Assembly: GCA_903859365.1 (NCBI GenBank)
Contig: CAIOMD010000006.1
Location: 22,152 to 86,151, forward strand
Length of the DNA: 64,000 bases
Reading direction: 5' to 3'
Source of the DNA: an uncultured Candidatus Saccharibacteria bacterium
GTDB lineage: Bacteria > Patescibacteriota > Saccharimonadia > Saccharimonadales > CAIOMD01
The position numbers were made by a program, and so were the translations under genes. Shown in pieces: positions 61,634 through 64,000 of the stretch. The stretch's first letter is position 1. Every line of letters starts with the position of its first letter. The notes beneath the pieces are model-generated. The model saw nothing but the letters and a program-made list of their open reading frames with translations, did not search any database and had not been told where the DNA came from.

Positions 61634-62116
61634 TTATAGGCTAGTATTTGCAACAGAAAGATGACCGAGCGCTTTTTTTTGAGCAAATGCAATTCTGTTC
61701 TGTTTATTACGGCTATTTACACCAATAACAGCTGCAAAAGCTTGAAGTGCTGCTAGATTTGGTATTTCAAGCCTTGGGGCAGTAGCAACCCAAATAGATT
61801 TACTATGCTCAGTTGAAACATTCATAAAAAATAGCCGGGCTAATGGTTCGAGAAATATATTTTTTCGCGCGCCCATAAGTTGCCCTTGCTCTGGCTGCAG
61901 AAGCTCAACAATCTCTACCTGTAGTAGCTGCTCATCCTGACGAAATACCTCGATGACATCATTAGTATCTCGACTCACAACTAATCTTGCTTTACCGTCT
62001 TGCTCGGAAGCATGGATTTGAATGACATTGTTGAGTAGTGGTGCGCCGATATCTACACAGCCTGGTTGAACTCTATCGAGTGAACTAGATAGAAACGGAA
62101 GTGATTCATTTTTCAT
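61634..62116 (-). CDS. Hypothetical protein
   Basis: 160 aa ORF, co-oriented with its neighbours. Confidence 0.55.
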   Translation of the reverse strand: MKNESLPFLSSSLDRVQPGCVDIGAPLLNNVIQIHASEQDGKARLVVSRDTNDVIEVFRQDEQLLQVEIVELLQPEQGQLMGARKNIFLEPLARLFFMNVSTEHSKSIWVATAPRLEIPNLAALQAFAAVIGVNSRNKQNRIAFAQKKALGHLSVANTSL

Positions 62117-62172
62117 CAGATAATAATAGTACAGATAAGAAATAAGGCAAGGTTAAGCGGTAAGCGCAATCA

Positions 62173-62826
62173 TCAAGAATTTGGCTCTATAAAGTCTTCC
62201 GAGACAATAATTGAAACTTTTTTCTCAATAAGATCTCTCGATAAAAATACTTCGGGCAAAATCTTTTCATCTTTCAATTCCGACCAGATACAGTTTTTAG
62301 GTAGCTCAACTGCGGAAGTCTTCAGATAACTAAACACAAAACTCACCGCATGAACAAATATATCTTTTGTCTCTTTGTGACGATATCTAAAATCGATTGA
62401 TCCTTCTTTAATAAGTGTACGACTGATTTTCAAACCAGTCTTTTCAAATAACTCTCTTTGTGCTGCCTCTTCAAGGGATTCTCCGAAATGTACAACCCCA
62501 GAAGGAATTCCATACCAGCCCTTAAAAGGGCTTTTCATTCTCTTATAAAGCATGACCTGCCCTTTAGGATTAGTTAGAAATATTGATGTAATAAGAAGGG
62601 GTGAATTCCGGCGCTCTACAACATTATCACCAAAATGATATATTTTTAGAGCCTTTCTTGTAGGTTCATAGCCATTCTTTGAATGATGTAAATAACCTTT
62701 TTCTACAAGTTTTTTTAAATGATAGGAGAAGCTATTATTGGGAACATCATCAATTTGTAATTGCGAAAATTGCTGGGGAGATTTCTCAGTGAGCTTGATG
62801 AGGATTTGCTGCTGTATGTGATGCAT
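62173..62826 (-). CDS. Winged-helix plus NUDIX domain protein
   Basis: FSYHLKKLVEKGY wHTH; GVVHFGESLEEAAQRELFEKTGL Nudix box. Confidence 0.85.
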   Translation of the reverse strand: MHHIQQQILIKLTEKSPQQFSQLQIDDVPNNSFSYHLKKLVEKGYLHHSKNGYEPTRKALKIYHFGDNVVERRNSPLLITSIFLTNPKGQVMLYKRMKSPFKGWYGIPSGVVHFGESLEEAAQRELFEKTGLKISRTLIKEGSIDFRYRHKETKDIFVHAVSFVFSYLKTSAVELPKNCIWSELKDEKILPEVFLSRDLIEKKVSIIVSEDFIEPNS

Positions 62827-62943
62827 TTAAATTCTTCTATTTTTCACTATAGCAAGCCTCCACCGTTTTCACCTAATCAAATCAATTTGACTCAGTCTAT
62901 AATGACTAGATTTAGCCAATGCGCCACCATATACTGCAGAGTA

Positions 62944-64000
62944 ATGGGGGAAAAAAAGACAAACAAATCAAAAGTACATGACAGTGAACCGTTGGATCCT
63001 AATTCACAAATGGCGTATAGTTTGCTGAATTATGTTGATGATATATCTCTGCCAAGTCTCACTGAACTCTATGATCGTAACCACGATGAAGCGCGCATGG
63101 ATTCTATTGAGGTTAAAACAAAAAAAGATTCTTACAGCATATTGCACATGGCTGAGCTGCTCGTAGGTAATCAGGACTCAGCAATAGACACCTATTTGGG
63201 TATTTTAGAGAAGGTTGCCGCGCTTCCTGAAGAGATGAAGCCAGACACTATAGTGCTTTCAGGTATAGTGCAGGGAGATTTTAAATACATTCAAAAATCA
63301 CGTAGAAAAACAATTGTGCCTGAACTAACTTCCATGGACAAGCAATTTCACTATGCAAAGGATATGATAAGCGCAGCGCGAAAAGTAGCTCCCGTAATCT
63401 ACAACATGGGAAATGACGACCATCGAATAGCTGAAGAATATACTGTGGAAGTTTTTAAGAAAATGCAAAAACTAGCCAATCAAGAATCTAAAAGATTGGC
63501 TGCAAAAGAAGATGTTGCTGGTGCTCAGCTTGGATTGAATGTTTCGCAACTAGACAAGATGAAACAACACCCCCAATGGAACGCCCACCTTCAGTTTCAA
63601 ATAAATACCATATTTCCACATTGTCTTAAGCTAGGCAGAAGACTTCGAACAGGAGAAGAATTAAAAACTCTAACGGACGGCCGAATAGATATTGATGAAT
63701 ACTTCCTTCTATATGAGGCAGCTGAACTTACAAAAAAGAATCAAAAAATACCAAAGATGCATCGCGATATGCTTCAGCTTATCGAAGACGAATATGCAAA
63801 TATTGATGAGGGGCTTTACCCACTTACAATTACGGATGATTTCAATTTACAAATAAAAACTAAGAATGCGGAGTATTTAGATTACGTGCGGCATTACCTT
63901 GGATTTTCCGGTGAATCATTAAGCAAAAATCATCTTGGAACGCCACTAAAATTACTAGGCCAACTTGCTTCGCGGGGTGCTGTTATTCCTGATATGATTG
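62944..64000 (+). CDS. Partial large protein with a degenerate calcineurin-like phosphoesterase N-terminus
   Basis: Frame open from ATG 62944 to the window edge; ILHMAELLVG, PDTIVLSG, IYNMGNDD. Confidence 0.7.
   Translation, partial: MGEKKTNKSKVHDSEPLDPNSQMAYSLLNYVDDISLPSLTELYDRNHDEARMDSIEVKTKKDSYSILHMAELLVGNQDSAIDTYLGILEKVAALPEEMKPDTIVLSGIVQGDFKYIQKSRRKTIVPELTSMDKQFHYAKDMISAARKVAPVIYNMGNDDHRIAEEYTVEVFKKMQKLANQESKRLAAKEDVAGAQLGLNVSQLDKMKQHPQWNAHLQFQINTIFPHCLKLGRRLRTGEELKTLTDGRIDIDEYFLLYEAAELTKKNQKIPKMHRDMLQLIEDEYANIDEGLYPLTITDDFNLQIKTKNAEYLDYVRHYLGFSGESLSKNHLGTPLKLLGQLASRGAVIPDMI

Overview
A gene-dense, AT-rich bacterial chromosome segment. TGA is used as a stop codon, so the genetic code is standard. 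Gene content and style most resemble a Patescibacteria (CPR) genome, probably Saccharibacteria; this assignment is inferred, and no rRNA marker is present. From left to right it carries: ybaB-recR-DHH-cysS; a queuosine-salvage trio (yhhQ, tgt, queA); trmH-like; two PimA-like glycosyltransferases; a 15 kb bioenergetic block (atpBEFHAGDC, FMN-binding protein/apbE/ferric-reductase-like flavocytochrome, cyoABCDE); rplY; uppP-murT-gatD; a SOUL protein; an acyl-ACP desaturase; a divergent WhiB / stand-alone RNAP alpha-CTD pair; a mannosylation-type cassette; a CHASE4 kinase; folA; an FG-GAP/IPT surface protein; and a compact chemosensory operon followed by a ZIP transporter, malic enzyme, tsaC and a NUDIX protein. 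The strongest candidate for an undescribed system is the chemosensory operon (MCP-cheW-cheY-cheB-cheA-cheC-cheD plus two duplicated receivers). It has no cheR in the cluster, and its CheB, CheA and MCP are all trimmed. Other notable signals are a dispersed actinobacterial-style lipid-remodelling toolkit, many -10 boxes sitting 6-8 nt from start codons (likely leaderless mRNAs), and a recurrent promoter 9-mer, TAAGCATAA. I saw no rRNA, tRNA, CRISPR array or transposase. All calls come from motif recognition by eye; no searches were run.
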